A stretch of 64,000 bases of DNA from positions 227,897-291,896 of the forward strand of contig JBGCFQ010000020.1 of the NCBI GenBank assembly GCA_045106985.1. The letters are read 5' to 3'. This DNA comes from Pseudomonadales bacterium (lineage in GTDB: Bacteria > Pseudomonadota > Gammaproteobacteria > Pseudomonadales > JAUIET01). The notes beneath the pieces are model-generated. The model was not told the origin of the DNA, made no database searches, and saw only the letters and a list, made by a program, of their open reading frames with translations. The position numbers were made by a program, and so were the translations under genes. This document shows positions 1 through 9,747 of this stretch, in pieces (within the stretch, counting starts at the first letter, position 1; each line of letters opens with the position of its first letter).

Positions 1-2
1 CA

Positions 3-509
3 CAATTTTTGTCGCCCGGCAGCAACCAGCGCGACGACGCTTACGGCGGTTCACTTGAAAACAGGGTTCGTTTTTTTGACGAAGTTCTTAGGGCGATGAG
101 CAGTGTTGCAGGGGCTGACAAAGTAGGCCTTAGAATTTGTCCTGGTTTTCCATTCAACAATGTAAAAGACCCCAACCCACAGGAAAGTTTCGAGGCTTTG
201 TTAAATACGATTCAACCATTGGGCCTGGCTTATCTTCATTTAATGCGCGCTAGCCCTTTGGACATATTCGCGATGGGCCATGATATTTTCAAAGGGCCCT
301 TGCTGTTAAACGGTGGCTACAAGAAAAGCAGTGGCAATAAAGCTATTGCAGATAAGGGGGCTCATGCGGTGTCCTTTGCGACGTCTTATATTGCTAATCC
401 AGATTTGGTTATGCGACTGCAAGATGACTTGCCTCTTAGCGAACCGAAGCAGGAATACATGTACACCAATACGATTGAGGGGTATAGCGACTATAAAGGG
501 CATGAGTAA
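3..509 (+). CDS. Old yellow enzyme family alkene reductase (NADH:flavin oxidoreductase), 5'-truncated by the window edge
   Basis: Open from position 3 (QFLSPGSNQRDDAYGGSLENRVRF), the OYE signature; C-terminal F...IANPDLV and GYSDY. Confidence 0.9.
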   Translation, partial: QFLSPGSNQRDDAYGGSLENRVRFFDEVLRAMSSVAGADKVGLRICPGFPFNNVKDPNPQESFEALLNTIQPLGLAYLHLMRASPLDIFAMGHDIFKGPLLLNGGYKKSSGNKAIADKGAHAVSFATSYIANPDLVMRLQDDLPLSEPKQEYMYTNTIEGYSDYKGHE

Positions 510-614
510 AAGCCCTTGAGCGTTGGTAGTGTTGTTATCGCTTGAAAGTACACCTTGTCGTGCCTAATGGTACTTACCTAAGCGGTAATTACTGCACTGA
601 ATCCAATGCACTCT

Positions 615-1049
615 TCACTTAGCAAACAGCTGAGTCTCAATATCCTCGAAAGACTTGAACTCAAGCGCATTGCCACTGGGGTCCAGGAAGAACATTGTTG
701 ACTGCTCGCCAGGCTCACCTTTAAACCGGGTATGTGGTTCAATCACAAACTGGCTGATAAGGTTAGTCGCTCGTTGTGCAAGCTGGCGCCAATCATCAGA
801 TTCAAGCACAACACCGAAATGCGGTACAGGTACGTCATGGCCATCGACCGGATTAGCAATCGAGGCCACTTGGCCATTTGAGCCGATATCAGGGTTCAGA
901 TGAACCACCAGCTGATGGCCATACATATTGAAATCCACCCACTGATCTGCACTCCGCCCTTCACTGAACCCCAAGCCATCAGCGTAAAAAGCGCGGGCCT
1001 CAATAATATCGCGTACTTGAATAGCTAAATGGAAGGGCGTCAACCGCAT
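615..1049 (-). CDS. VOC/glyoxalase family protein (extradiol dioxygenase-like)
   Basis: [47 protein letters not shown]; ATG at 1049 overlaps the upstream stop (TAATG). Confidence 0.88.
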   Translation of the reverse strand: MRLTPFHLAIQVRDIIEARAFYADGLGFSEGRSADQWVDFNMYGHQLVVHLNPDIGSNGQVASIANPVDGHDVPVPHFGVVLESDDWRQLAQRATNLISQFVIEPHTRFKGEPGEQSTMFFLDPSGNALEFKSFEDIETQLFAK

Positions 1050-1504
1050 TACTCTACCAGCACATTCGGCCGGGGTAAGCCCTGCTCTTCGCACATCATT
1101 AGATAGAATTGAAGGGTAAGCAGGCCGTCTACAACAGACGTGATATTACCCTCCTCGTCCAAGTTGATGTTTGAACCGTACATTTGAAACCAAACCCGGG
1201 TATCGTCTTCAATGCACTGAAGAGTGTGCTCAGAACCCGCTGGCTCATACAAAAACGAGCCCGCGCGGTTCACATAGTCGTACTCCTTGTATTTCCAACC
1301 GCCGGAGGTCGTGTAGCCGTATACGGGCCCAGTATGGCGATGTTTGTCCACTTCATAGCCGGCCTGAAAAATGTTCTCGATTATCCAAAGCCCCTCGCCT
1401 TTTTTTACCTGAAGCACTTTGAGCAGGCTGCCATCGCCTATGTCAACAAATGGCAAATCGTCCGCAGCGAAATGTACAGCTTCCTGTGATTGCGTGTCTG
1501 TCAT
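1049..1504 (-). CDS. Cupin, 2,4'-dihydroxyacetophenone dioxygenase family
   Basis: [21 protein letters not shown]...[15 protein letters not shown] cupin motifs. Confidence 0.85.
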   Translation of the reverse strand: MTDTQSQEAVHFAADDLPFVDIGDGSLLKVLQVKKGEGLWIIENIFQAGYEVDKHRHTGPVYGYTTSGGWKYKEYDYVNRAGSFLYEPAGSEHTLQCIEDDTRVWFQMYGSNINLDEEGNITSVVDGLLTLQFYLMMCEEQGLPRPNVLVE

Positions 1505-1590
1505 CTAAACCCCCAATATATGAACCACTATTGGTGGGCAGAATACCGTCTCCAGTTGTAAAATGCAGCATTCGAAACGGTAATGACTCT

Positions 1591-2814
1591 ATGGCCACTA
1601 ACTATTCTTTAAGCGCCGATACGATCGACGTATACAACCCGGATAACTACCTGAATGGCATTCCGCATCGTGAGTTTGCCTGGCTGCGAGAAAATGCTCC
1701 CGTTTTTTGGCACAGTCATCCTGAAGGCGGCGGCTATTGGGTGGTAAGTAAACATGCCGATGTGATGAGGGTTTCTCGCGACCACAAAACTTTCAGTGCG
1801 CAGAAAGGCTTTGTTATGGTCGATGATTTGCCTCCGGAAATATTGGAACGCACTCAAAGCCAATTGTTGGGCATGGACCCGCCAGACCATGGCCCAATAC
1901 GCCGGGCGGTTATCACCCACTTTACCCGCGGAATGTTGGCCGAGCTGGAGCCGAAAGTTCATTCGATTGCTCAAGGTATAGTCCAGAGTGCGCGCGACAA
2001 GACTGACACTGACTTCATAGAGTCGCTTGCCTGCGAGTTACCCACTGCCGTTATTTGTTCGATGCTCGATATTCCGGAAGACATGTGGACTCAAATTCGG
2101 CACTGGTCCGACTTACAAACTGCGGGTTCTGACCCCGACCTAGGTGGCAGCCCTGAAGCTATTCAGCAGGCATCCATAGAGATGGGAACGTACGGCTTTG
2201 AATTGGCCGTTGAGCGCAAGGCCAGTGGAGGCAATGATCTGATTTGCCAGCTGCTGGAAAGCGAAGTGGACGGCCACGTTGTCTCAGAGGTCGATTTCGC
2301 TTCCTTATTTATACAACTTACGGTAGCCGGAAACGAAACCACTCGCGGACTGATCAGCAGCGGAATGCTGGAGCTAGTGCAGCGTCCGGAGCTGTATCAA
2401 CAACTCGAAGCAGACCCTAAGGGCTTGCCACTCGCCATCGAAGAAATGTTACGCTGGACATGTCCATTGCACTACTTTCGCCGTACTGCAACCTGCGACA
2501 CTGAAATACGTGGCGCAAAGATACGCGAGGGCGACCGAGTTGTAATGATGTACAGTTCTGCGAATTTTGATGAAGATGAATTTCAGAACCCCATGGCCTT
2601 CGATATTAGCCGCGAGCATAATCCACATATGGCCTTTGGCTATGGCATTCATTTGTGCCTGGGCGCTAACCTTGCCAGGATGGAGGCACGATTGTTTTTC
2701 GAAGAGTTTTTCAAAACATTCAAAAAAATAGAACTGAATGGCACTCCTGCACGGATTCGGTCAAACAATATTAATGGCTATAAGCGAATGCCGGTGACAC
2801 TCGCAGCCCGTTAG
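1591..2814 (+). CDS. Cytochrome P450 (CYP125/CYP142-like)
   Basis: MDPPDH, AGNETTR I-helix, EEMLR (ExxR), FGYGIHLCLG heme-thiolate motif; start moved to ATG 1591. Confidence 0.93.
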   Translation: MATNYSLSADTIDVYNPDNYLNGIPHREFAWLRENAPVFWHSHPEGGGYWVVSKHADVMRVSRDHKTFSAQKGFVMVDDLPPEILERTQSQLLGMDPPDHGPIRRAVITHFTRGMLAELEPKVHSIAQGIVQSARDKTDTDFIESLACELPTAVICSMLDIPEDMWTQIRHWSDLQTAGSDPDLGGSPEAIQQASIEMGTYGFELAVERKASGGNDLICQLLESEVDGHVVSEVDFASLFIQLTVAGNETTRGLISSGMLELVQRPELYQQLEADPKGLPLAIEEMLRWTCPLHYFRRTATCDTEIRGAKIREGDRVVMMYSSANFDEDEFQNPMAFDISREHNPHMAFGYGIHLCLGANLARMEARLFFEEFFKTFKKIELNGTPARIRSNNINGYKRMPVTLAAR

Positions 2815-2877
2815 GTCGCGAAGATATTTCAATTAGCTACGATAACTACTATTCACAGATTAAATGATGGGCCCGCA

Positions 2878-4590
2878 ATGACACAACTCGCTGAACTGAA
2901 GCAAGAATACGATAACGCCATTGGAGAGCTAACGAAAGAAGGCGCGATGTTTGAGCTTGGCTCCATGCAACATAACGGCCATGACTACACGATTTACAAA
3001 AACGCACCAGAAACCATGCTGCCACATCTTGATAGTGGCCGTGCCCATGGCGACAAAGAATTTCTTGTTTATGAAGGCGAACGCTATACCTATAACGAGG
3101 TGTACGCGGCTGCAGATTCACTCGCCAATGCCCTAGCAAAAGACTTTAACATTGGCACCGGTGATCGCGTTGCGATAGCGATGCGAAACTATCCCGAGTG
3201 GATTGTGGGTTTTCTTGGCATAGCCTACACCGGCGCCACTATTGTTCCGCTTAACAGCTGGGGGCAAAAAGCAGAGCTAGAATACGGATTGACCGACAGC
3301 GAAGCCAAGTTAGTATTAATTGACGAGCAACGCCTATCTTATGTAGTAGACGATTTGCCAGCTATGGGTGTGCAAGCCATCGCCGTTAGAACCAACAACG
3401 AGCTGCTAGAAAAGCCAAACGTTTCAAATTACTCAGAGCTAATGGGCTCCCACCTTGGCGCGAGTGTACCTGTTCCTGCTGTGTCGCCCGATGACCTGTT
3501 TTTGATGCTGTACACATCTGGAACAACGGGGCGCCCTAAAGGTGCAATGACAAGCCACCGCGCACTAAGCCAGGCCATGTACAGCTTTGACGTTAACGCC
3601 TACGCATGCTCAATGTGTAATGGCGAAGCTGTGGGCAAAATGCTGGCCAAAGGCTACGACCAGGCAAGTCTTCTCGCTGTGCCTCTGTTTCATATGAGTG
3701 GCTTGCATGCGGGCTTACTACTAGGCCTTCGTGGTGGTAGAAAATTAGTAATGATGTACAAATGGGAAGCCGACAAGGCAATAAGGCTGATCGAACAAGA
3801 GCGCCTGACCATTTTTAGTGTGGCGCCAGCCATGCTGCAGGAAGTGTTTAACTCACCTGTATTCGACGAAACCGACACTACTAGCCTGTTCAATATTGGC
3901 GCTGGTGGGTCTGCAACTCCGCCCAAAGTCACAGAGATGATTGCTGAAAAAGTAGATTCCCCGTATCAAGGTTGCGGTTGGGGCCTGACTGAAACCAACA
4001 CATCCGTTTGCTCCTTTACCGGCAAAGCGATGGCCGCTAATCCTACAAGTTCTGGTTTTGTTCATCCTATTGTTGAGTTACAAGCCCGCGACGACGACGG
4101 CAATGTGCTTCCCGCTGGACAGGCTGGCGTATTTTGGGCAAAAACCATCGCTCTAATCGACGGGTATTGGAACCGTCCAGACGCCAATGCAGAAGACTTC
4201 GTTGACGGTTGGTTTTGCACGGGCGACATTGGTTATCTTGATGAACTAGGTTATGTCTATCTGTCAGACCGCGCAAAAGATATGATTATACGAGGCGGTG
4301 AAAACGTCTACCCCGCTGAAATTGAAGCTGCTTTCTTTCATCACCCGGCGGTATCAGAAGCCGGTGTGTTTGCCGTTCCCGATGACCGCTTGGGTGAAGA
4401 GGTAGGCGCGGCCGTGGTATTAAAAACAGGTATGAGTGCCAGCGAAGAAGAATTACGTGAGCTTGTAGCCGGCCTGCTGGCCCGCTACAAAGTGCCGCGC
4501 TATATCTGGACACGCAACGAGCCGCTGCCGCGTAATCCTTCGGGTAAAATACTGAAGAAACAATTGAGAGAAGAATACGCACCGGACTGA
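2878..4590 (+). CDS. Long-chain acyl-CoA ligase (class I adenylate-forming)
   Basis: YTSGTTGRPKG, WGLTET, TGDIGY, DRAKDMIIRGGENVYPAEIE, PRNPSGKILK. Confidence 0.93.
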   Translation: MTQLAELKQEYDNAIGELTKEGAMFELGSMQHNGHDYTIYKNAPETMLPHLDSGRAHGDKEFLVYEGERYTYNEVYAAADSLANALAKDFNIGTGDRVAIAMRNYPEWIVGFLGIAYTGATIVPLNSWGQKAELEYGLTDSEAKLVLIDEQRLSYVVDDLPAMGVQAIAVRTNNELLEKPNVSNYSELMGSHLGASVPVPAVSPDDLFLMLYTSGTTGRPKGAMTSHRALSQAMYSFDVNAYACSMCNGEAVGKMLAKGYDQASLLAVPLFHMSGLHAGLLLGLRGGRKLVMMYKWEADKAIRLIEQERLTIFSVAPAMLQEVFNSPVFDETDTTSLFNIGAGGSATPPKVTEMIAEKVDSPYQGCGWGLTETNTSVCSFTGKAMAANPTSSGFVHPIVELQARDDDGNVLPAGQAGVFWAKTIALIDGYWNRPDANAEDFVDGWFCTGDIGYLDELGYVYLSDRAKDMIIRGGENVYPAEIEAAFFHHPAVSEAGVFAVPDDRLGEEVGAAVVLKTGMSASEEELRELVAGLLARYKVPRYIWTRNEPLPRNPSGKILKKQLREEYAPD

Positions 4591-4616
4591 CAGTCAGCTG
4601 CTAATAGCTCTCTCGG

Positions 4617-6128
4617 TCAGTCGCCATCAATGTCTACGGCTTTGTAGCCACCGCGAGACTTGAAGTACGCGATCAATATCAGGTAGCAAACGAGCATTCC
4701 GATTGGCAGTAGTGCTGCCGTTGTTAAGGCCTTCTTCGGCGCTATTTGTTGAGCTTCAACAATTATGGCTTTGTCCAACTCGGAGGCATGGGCAACAGCA
4801 GCCATATCCAAAGCTTTGTAGCTACCAAATACACTTTGCTCTGTGCGACTTACATATGCTGTATGAACCTCTGGACTGATAGCTGAAATTTCAGCTGAAA
4901 CTGCTCTGTCCTGTATATTACCCAAAAATGCAGAGCCAACAATTCCAACTGCTAACATTCCTACTCCAGCAACACTATTGAGCGTTAAGGCCCCTCCACG
5001 CGGGAACTGCTCAGCAACTATGCCCAAAGTCGTTGGCCAGAAAAACGACTTGCCCACACCATAGACTGTCGCGGCTACCAATATCATACCTGCACCACTG
5101 GCACCTGCTAAAGCGTATAAGCCGATCGCTGATATTACGGAGCAAAGCGCCAATAGACCAAAAGGCGTCAACATATCGATCAAGCGCCCGGCAAAGAAAA
5201 AACGCAGGATCGCCATGATCGCTGAGGTATAAACCAATACCCAGCCAGCCGCGATACCAATATCTTCCATGCTTGCGCTCATTAATGACGTAATCCAACC
5301 GTCTACGCCAAGCTCTGTTGTCGCGAGCGGCATCATAATAAGCAACATCAGAATAAACAGCGGCTTGCCCAATGAGCGACTGTAAAAAGCGTAAATTGCT
5401 GTGGCGCCCACAATAAGCCCAATTATTAAAAGCAGCGAGAATTCGAATAAGCGCCCTACTTCCATAACGATCATGGTTATAGCAATAAGGGCACCCACAG
5501 CTCCCACCTCGCTAAGCATATCTCTATAGGAAATACCCGCCGCAACCCGCTCGTTTACTGGAAACGCCTTCTTTAACAACATCACGGCATATATCGCGGT
5601 GGGAATCAAAATCAAACCAATCTTAACCTTCCAATGCACATCACCAAGTCCAATCGCTATAAGCCCGCCCAAAACCAGACCAGCTGGCCAGCCCGCATGC
5701 AGAACATTCAGCATTTTAGCCTTGCTGTTGCTGAACATTGTGGTCACCACCGGGTTTATGTAGGCTTCTACCGTGCCGCAACCTAACGCTAAAATAAAGG
5801 TTCCCACATACATCGTATTATAACTGTCAGCAAATAAGATGATGGCAGTCGAAAGCAGATGACAGGCCAAGCCAAACAGCATCGCAACCCGGTACCCAAT
5901 CTTGTCTATCACCAAGCTGAAAAGAATAATACTTATCGCAAATGGCCATAGGCCCGCGCCAAGTATCTCTCCTATTTGAGTATCGGTTAAACCAAACTCG
6001 GCCCCCCACTCGCCCGCCGTTAAGCCTCGAGTTACGAACCCAAAAGATGTAGCAACCAACGCAATCCAACAACCCCAAAACAATCCCATATCGGCATTGT
6101 CATCGCTCGCCAGGTTTTTCGAACTCAT
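4617..6128 (-). CDS. MFS transporter (sugar permease-like)
   Basis: About 12 hydrophobic segments; DKIGYR loop motif; GKSFFWPT; LHAGWPAG. Confidence 0.85.
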   Translation of the reverse strand: MSSKNLASDDNADMGLFWGCWIALVATSFGFVTRGLTAGEWGAEFGLTDTQIGEILGAGLWPFAISIILFSLVIDKIGYRVAMLFGLACHLLSTAIILFADSYNTMYVGTFILALGCGTVEAYINPVVTTMFSNSKAKMLNVLHAGWPAGLVLGGLIAIGLGDVHWKVKIGLILIPTAIYAVMLLKKAFPVNERVAAGISYRDMLSEVGAVGALIAITMIVMEVGRLFEFSLLLIIGLIVGATAIYAFYSRSLGKPLFILMLLIMMPLATTELGVDGWITSLMSASMEDIGIAAGWVLVYTSAIMAILRFFFAGRLIDMLTPFGLLALCSVISAIGLYALAGASGAGMILVAATVYGVGKSFFWPTTLGIVAEQFPRGGALTLNSVAGVGMLAVGIVGSAFLGNIQDRAVSAEISAISPEVHTAYVSRTEQSVFGSYKALDMAAVAHASELDKAIIVEAQQIAPKKALTTAALLPIGMLVCYLILIAYFKSRGGYKAVDIDGD

Positions 6129-6251
6129 CGTATTTCTACCTATTATTTATTTTTAGTTGTAGCACCTTAACTGGAAATGTTTTGCTGCTCTTTATTCTTT
6201 CTTTTCGGCTCGATGCTTTTTCGGCGTTTCGCTCTTTGCACGTCTACTTTT

Positions 6252-6977
6252 TCAAAGCAGTTCTATAATAGTTAATGCAATCATCCGCAGTGCCAGCAAG
6301 GTGAGCAGGCCCTTAATTAATTTTTTCGCCAGCATCACATCCAGTTTTTTTCTAGAACGCGTACCAACCCACGAGCCCAGCACAACGCCAATCGACATGC
6401 CCAGCATCATCGGCCAGAACGGCCAAATACTGACACCTAGGGCCGAAAAAGCAAAGATTTTTATCAAATGCGTAACGCTCATTTGAGCCGCAACCGTGGT
6501 CACAACTTCATCGTGTTCGCAACCCAGGCGCATAAGGCTGGCATTCGCCAGTGGGCCGGTGTTTGCGCCGGCCGTTCCCAGCCCAGTTTGCAAAACCCCT
6601 ATCGCCAACATCTCGTTGTCACCGCTCAGCAGCCGGCTAGCCCAACCTGGCAGCCAAACACTTAACAAAATGAACACACCAATAAGCAGTGTAATATAGT
6701 CAAGATTCAGCAAACGGATAACTTGAGACGCCAGCAATCCACCGATCACTGAGCCCAACAAGAAAGCGCCCATGTATTGCCAACAGATATGTTGCCATCC
6801 AAATACAGCGCGACTGCTATTGCTCGCAAGTTGCACCACAGCATGCACGGGAATTAAGGCCGCAGCCGGCACATAACCTGGCATTAGCCCTAGCAAAATC
6901 AACCCACCACCAAGGCCGGTCACAGCGGTAAGCAATGATGTACAAAATGCTATCAGTGAAAAGGCTATCTCGGTCAG
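6252..6977 (-). CDS. Sulfite exporter TauE/SafE family membrane protein
   Basis: GLGGGLILL N-terminal motif, VHAVVQLASN, GSWVG; probable CTG start at 6977 behind GAGG, with TTG 6935 as alternative. Confidence 0.8.
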   Translation of the reverse strand: MTEIAFSLIAFCTSLLTAVTGLGGGLILLGLMPGYVPAAALIPVHAVVQLASNSSRAVFGWQHICWQYMGAFLLGSVIGGLLASQVIRLLNLDYITLLIGVFILLSVWLPGWASRLLSGDNEMLAIGVLQTGLGTAGANTGPLANASLMRLGCEHDEVVTTVAAQMSVTHLIKIFAFSALGVSIWPFWPMMLGMSIGVVLGSWVGTRSRKKLDVMLAKKLIKGLLTLLALRMIALTIIELL

Positions 6978-7105
6978 GGCAGCACCTCAGTATGTGGGTT
7001 CTGTTAATTTGCGGTCGAGTTGACCGCTTTTGGTAAAGGCCTTATCTTATCGGTAAGTCGTTACACATACTATCGTCATTCACACCAGACACACCTCATT
7101 CCCCT

Positions 7106-8272
7106 ATGATCAGAATCGGAATTATCGGCCTTGGCAATATTGCTCGCCAGCACATAAGCAATTTGCTTAAAGAGACTGAATGCAACGCTCAGCTGACCGC
7201 GATTTGCAGCCGATCCAAACCACGTGATATAGAAGCGATAGCGAATGATCGGCCGGTGCAATGGTATTCTGACTACAGAGCTCTGCTAAGCAGTGGCACT
7301 TGTGATGCGGTGCTTATTGCTACGCCCAGCTACTCCCACCTCGAGATTGGCTTAGCGGCATTGGCAGCAGGCCTTCATGTACTGATGGAAAAACCAATAG
7401 CCCTGTCGATTGGCGAGGCTCAACAACTGATGGGCCAAGCACGCTCTATAGATCAACCTCAACAACCTTTGTTGGGAGTGATGCTGAATCAGCGAGTGGA
7501 CCCACTCTATCAAAGAATGAAGCAATTGCTGGATCAAGGTGAAATTGGCTCAATAACACGAACCCATTGGACTATGACCAATTGGTTTCGGCCAGAAGTG
7601 TATTTTCGAGTAAGCGATTGGCGCGCCACTTGGCGCGGCGAAGGCGGAGGCTTGTTACTCAACCAGTGCATTCACAACCTGGACATTTTTCAGTGGCTTT
7701 GCTCAATGCCCGTTTCACTGCAAGCGTATTGCGAATTTGGAAAGTATCATGCGATCGAGGTTGAAGACGAGACGACAGCTTTTCTTCAATATTCAAATGG
7801 AGCCACTGGCGTATTTGTTGGTTCATCCGGTGAGGCTCCAGGCTTTAATCGATTGGAAATTGTAGGCGACGGCGGCAATCTGGTTTTCGATGGGACGCAG
7901 TTGCTGCTGACCAAGAATCAACCCAACACGTCTGAGTATTGCAACACCACAACGGAAATGTTCGGCACACCAAAGTCTGTAACTACAGACATTACACCCG
8001 ACCGAAGTAACAATCAGCACGCGATTATATTAGGGAATTTTGTAGCGGCGATTAATGGCGACGAAGCGTTAATCGCCAGTGCGGAAGACGGAATTCAAAG
8101 CTTGGAGCTTGCCAACGCAATGCTGCTATCAAGCTGGACCAATTGCCGCGTGCAACTGCCACTGAACGTTGCAGAGTATCAGGTCCACTTGAATGAACGC
8201 GTTGCACATTCCAGTTTGCGTTCTGCGGAAAATATAGAGGTCGACATAGATATAAGTAAGTCGTTCAGATAA
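7106..8272 (+). CDS. Gfo/Idh/MocA family NAD(P)-dependent oxidoreductase
   Basis: IGIIGLGNIA Rossmann motif, HVLMEKP, WRATWRGEGGGLLLNQCIHNLD. Confidence 0.9.
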   Translation: MIRIGIIGLGNIARQHISNLLKETECNAQLTAICSRSKPRDIEAIANDRPVQWYSDYRALLSSGTCDAVLIATPSYSHLEIGLAALAAGLHVLMEKPIALSIGEAQQLMGQARSIDQPQQPLLGVMLNQRVDPLYQRMKQLLDQGEIGSITRTHWTMTNWFRPEVYFRVSDWRATWRGEGGGLLLNQCIHNLDIFQWLCSMPVSLQAYCEFGKYHAIEVEDETTAFLQYSNGATGVFVGSSGEAPGFNRLEIVGDGGNLVFDGTQLLLTKNQPNTSEYCNTTTEMFGTPKSVTTDITPDRSNNQHAIILGNFVAAINGDEALIASAEDGIQSLELANAMLLSSWTNCRVQLPLNVAEYQVHLNERVAHSSLRSAENIEVDIDISKSFR

Positions 8273-8367
8273 TCGGCACAAATCCGAGAGGTGTACTTTT
8301 ACGATCTACGATCGCAGCACCAAGGCTATCGTCAATATCAACAGCAGCGAGTTGGAAAGAAATAATA

Positions 8368-9747
8368 ATGAATTCATCTGCCGCCCAAGAAGAGATTAAG
8401 CAGCTAGAACACTTGGCTACACGCTCAACGCTTGCCAGATTACCTGGATACCTGAAGTTAAGTGGACCTGGGTGGCTTCAGGGTGCGATGACTCTTGGTG
8501 GCGGTAGTGCAATTACCTCTCTAAGCATTGGCGGGGTTTACGGTTACGAGTTTCTTTGGGTTCAACCGCTGGCAATGCTGATCGGTTGCATCATGCTATT
8601 TGCCCTTTCCCATCAGACGCTCAGCACCGGAGTCGCTCCTTACTCAGCTATGCGTACTCATGTAAACCCTGCATTAGCATGGTGCTGGGCGGTTGCGTCT
8701 CTGGCCGCCAGTATCATTTGGGGGTTTTCACATTACCCGCTGAGTGCTGGCATGTTAGAAGAGAGCATTCGGGTAGGCACGGGCTTCAGCGTCGAAATTG
8801 GAAGCACCGCTCGCGAGGGCTATCTATTTTTACTGGCCGTTATTGTCTGGGCTTTTTGTGCGCGCACGGCATGGCAATATGGTCAAGGCTCAAATCGTGA
8901 AAATGGGTCGGTGCGTTTGTTCGAAAACATGATAAAGCTATTAAGTGGCGCCGTTATTTTATCCTTTGCATGGGTCGTCATTTCAGCCAGCACTGCTGGA
9001 AAAATTGACTGGTCTGCCGCCTTGTCGGGTTTAGTTCCCCGCTCATTGCCGACCGACGCCGCCGGGGTCACAACCATGATGGCCGCACTTGGTACGGCAG
9101 TCGGTATTAACATGACTTTTGTTTATGGCTACACGCTCCTACAACGGGGCTGGGGGCCGGAACATCGTGAGTTAGCTCGTTATGACATTGTACTCGGCTT
9201 AGTAGTCCCCTATGTATTGGTAACAGGTTTAATTTCTATCGCTGCTGCTGGAGCGTTTTATGGCAGCGACCTTGACCTGCAGGGCAAACTGAGCCCAGCC
9301 CAAGCTAGCCAGATGTTTGTTGGTGCCGGAATGAGCGAAACAGTTGGCTCACTGGTGTTCTCCATAGGCGTGCTGGGAATGGCTGTAGGCTCTTTGGTAA
9401 TGCATATGCTGTGTTGCGGTGCTGCAGCTTCCGCATTGTTCGGCTGGGAACTTAATTCCAGAAATTACCGCCTTGCGCTACTCTTGCCCACCCCTGCCGT
9501 ACTTGGTGTCTTTCTTTGGTCAAGCATGGGGGCATATGTGGTATTGCCAACCTCAGCAATATGTGGGTTTTTATTACCTATCGCCTATATAGGATGGTTA
9601 ATTCTCAACAACAAGCAAGACTATTTAAAGGCGGACAAACCTCGTGGCCGCAAAGCGTTTTTGTTCAATATTGCTATGCTACTTTGCATTTTGACAGTGC
9701 TGGCAAGCGTTAGCTTCACAACAGCCGTTGCGCTAGGAGCCCTCTAA
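8368..9747 (+). CDS. NRAMP-fold (divalent-cation transporter family-like) membrane transporter, atypical
   Basis: GPGWLQGAMTLGGGS, YGYEFLWVQP, TAVGINMTF; 11-12 TM segments; lacks the canonical DPGN. Confidence 0.7.
   Translation: MNSSAAQEEIKQLEHLATRSTLARLPGYLKLSGPGWLQGAMTLGGGSAITSLSIGGVYGYEFLWVQPLAMLIGCIMLFALSHQTLSTGVAPYSAMRTHVNPALAWCWAVASLAASIIWGFSHYPLSAGMLEESIRVGTGFSVEIGSTAREGYLFLLAVIVWAFCARTAWQYGQGSNRENGSVRLFENMIKLLSGAVILSFAWVVISASTAGKIDWSAALSGLVPRSLPTDAAGVTTMMAALGTAVGINMTFVYGYTLLQRGWGPEHRELARYDIVLGLVVPYVLVTGLISIAAAGAFYGSDLDLQGKLSPAQASQMFVGAGMSETVGSLVFSIGVLGMAVGSLVMHMLCCGAAASALFGWELNSRNYRLALLLPTPAVLGVFLWSSMGAYVVLPTSAICGFLLPIAYIGWLILNNKQDYLKADKPRGRKAFLFNIAMLLCILTVLASVSFTTAVALGAL

Noticed and set aside
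1450-1590. Long N-terminal extensions in the ORF track (P450, pyk, alr, yciI, MFP, diheme protein)
   Set aside because: They overlap neighbouring genes or lack an RBS; downstream starts fit family N-termini better
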